Assembly (NCBI GenBank): GCA_001949185.1
Contig: BDGG01000001.1
Location: 1,796,478-1,860,477 of the forward strand
DNA: 64,000 nucleotides
From: Ramazzottius varieornatus
Lineage: Eukaryota; Animalia; Tardigrada
Reading direction: 5' to 3'
Shown here: one piece after another, positions 63,286 through 64,000 of the stretch
Layout: every line of letters begins with the position of its first letter
How positions within the stretch are numbered: the first letter of the stretch is position 1
Program-made: the position numbers and the translations under genes
Notes under the pieces: model-generated
Databases searched by the model: none
What the model was told of the DNA's origin: nothing
The model's input: the letters and a program-made list of their open reading frames with translations, nothing else

Positions 63286-64000
63286 GTTCCCTGCAAAAGA
63301 GCCACATGTACCGAGGCCATGCGATTCCTTGCGTGAGTTGCGTCACTTACCGGCTTAGATTCGGAGGAACGCACAGAGAGACGATCCGATGAAGCAGGGA
63401 GCAGACTTTGAGGTGGAACGACGGTGGAAAGTAGAACTGCGACTAATGCTGTTTCGAAGGGGACAGTCAATCAATTTTGCGATCAATCAAGCTGCAAACA
63501 GCTGAGCTGTGGGCGGAATTTTGCTTTCACGAGCCAGTTGCGGCTGTCAGAACTGCCCTTGTGCATGCTCGGACCCGAACGACATGCACCACTGACTGCG
63601 CAAAGATGTTAACTTCGTGATGTCTTGTATGCAGGTGCGTGCTATCGCTAATGACTGCCGGGCTCCTTTTGTTCTCTAAAGCACTGCCACCGTTCCATCT
63701 TTTTTCTTTCCCAGTTACATTTCAAGTTCCTCCAGAAGTGCAACTACGGTACCTAAACTGGATGGCACTGCTTACACGGGTTACGTTTTGGTAAGGGCTC
63801 TTCTCACCACCGACACCACCGATGGGCTCCTCTCACCACTTCTAACTTATTCTTTAATTACATGAAATGTGGTGAGATCAACGAGGAAATTACTAGCTCA
63901 TCACAAGTCCACCAGGGTGGCGGCTGACTTGTCACTGTCATTACCGAAGGTCCAGAAATGAGCTGGAGGTTTGTGAGAAAGTTGTTGACGCAAGTGCTGT

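Noticed and set aside
63347-63470. Upstream exon as a signal-peptide exon for the cytosolic SOD
   Set aside because: The splice phase needed to join in frame puts a TAA just before the donor; better read as 5' UTR.
63890-64000. 3' end of a further minus-strand gene at the window edge
   Set aside because: Too short to identify; no SOD motif visible.

Overview
Gene-dense eukaryotic (animal) DNA with short GT-AG introns and tight head-to-head or tail-to-tail gene pairs. The compactness and SOD expansion suggest a tardigrade such as Ramazzottius; this is inference only. Recognisable genes: ORC6, AAR2, PXK/Slob-like, PRPF31, TFIIE-alpha, an ERICH3/DUF4590-like gene, an SRSF3/7(RBP1)-type SR protein, FBXW7-like, RPL9, UQCC2, an anoctamin-10-like gene and eIF3f, plus a tentative Nuf2-like gene. 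The most striking feature is a same-strand tandem array of four Cu/Zn-SOD-fold genes (57.3-63.3 kb), which I spliced by hand. It forms a graded series: cytosolic canonical SOD1, secreted canonical SOD, secreted SOD missing three metal ligands, and a secreted SOD fold with no metal ligands. The three secreted members all keep one extra unpaired Cys. Also present: an 8-Cys ASABF/CS-alpha-beta defensin-like peptide gene, three frame-disrupted genes (GM2-activator-like, MATH-BTB, TRBP/Loquacious-like), several MITEs (one with a clear 8-bp target duplication, two flanked by TA), and about 25 copies of a ~120-bp palindromic repeat (core AAGTGGCGCAC...GTGCGCCACTT) in introns and intergenic DNA. Exon boundaries were read by eye; repeat coordinates are approximate.
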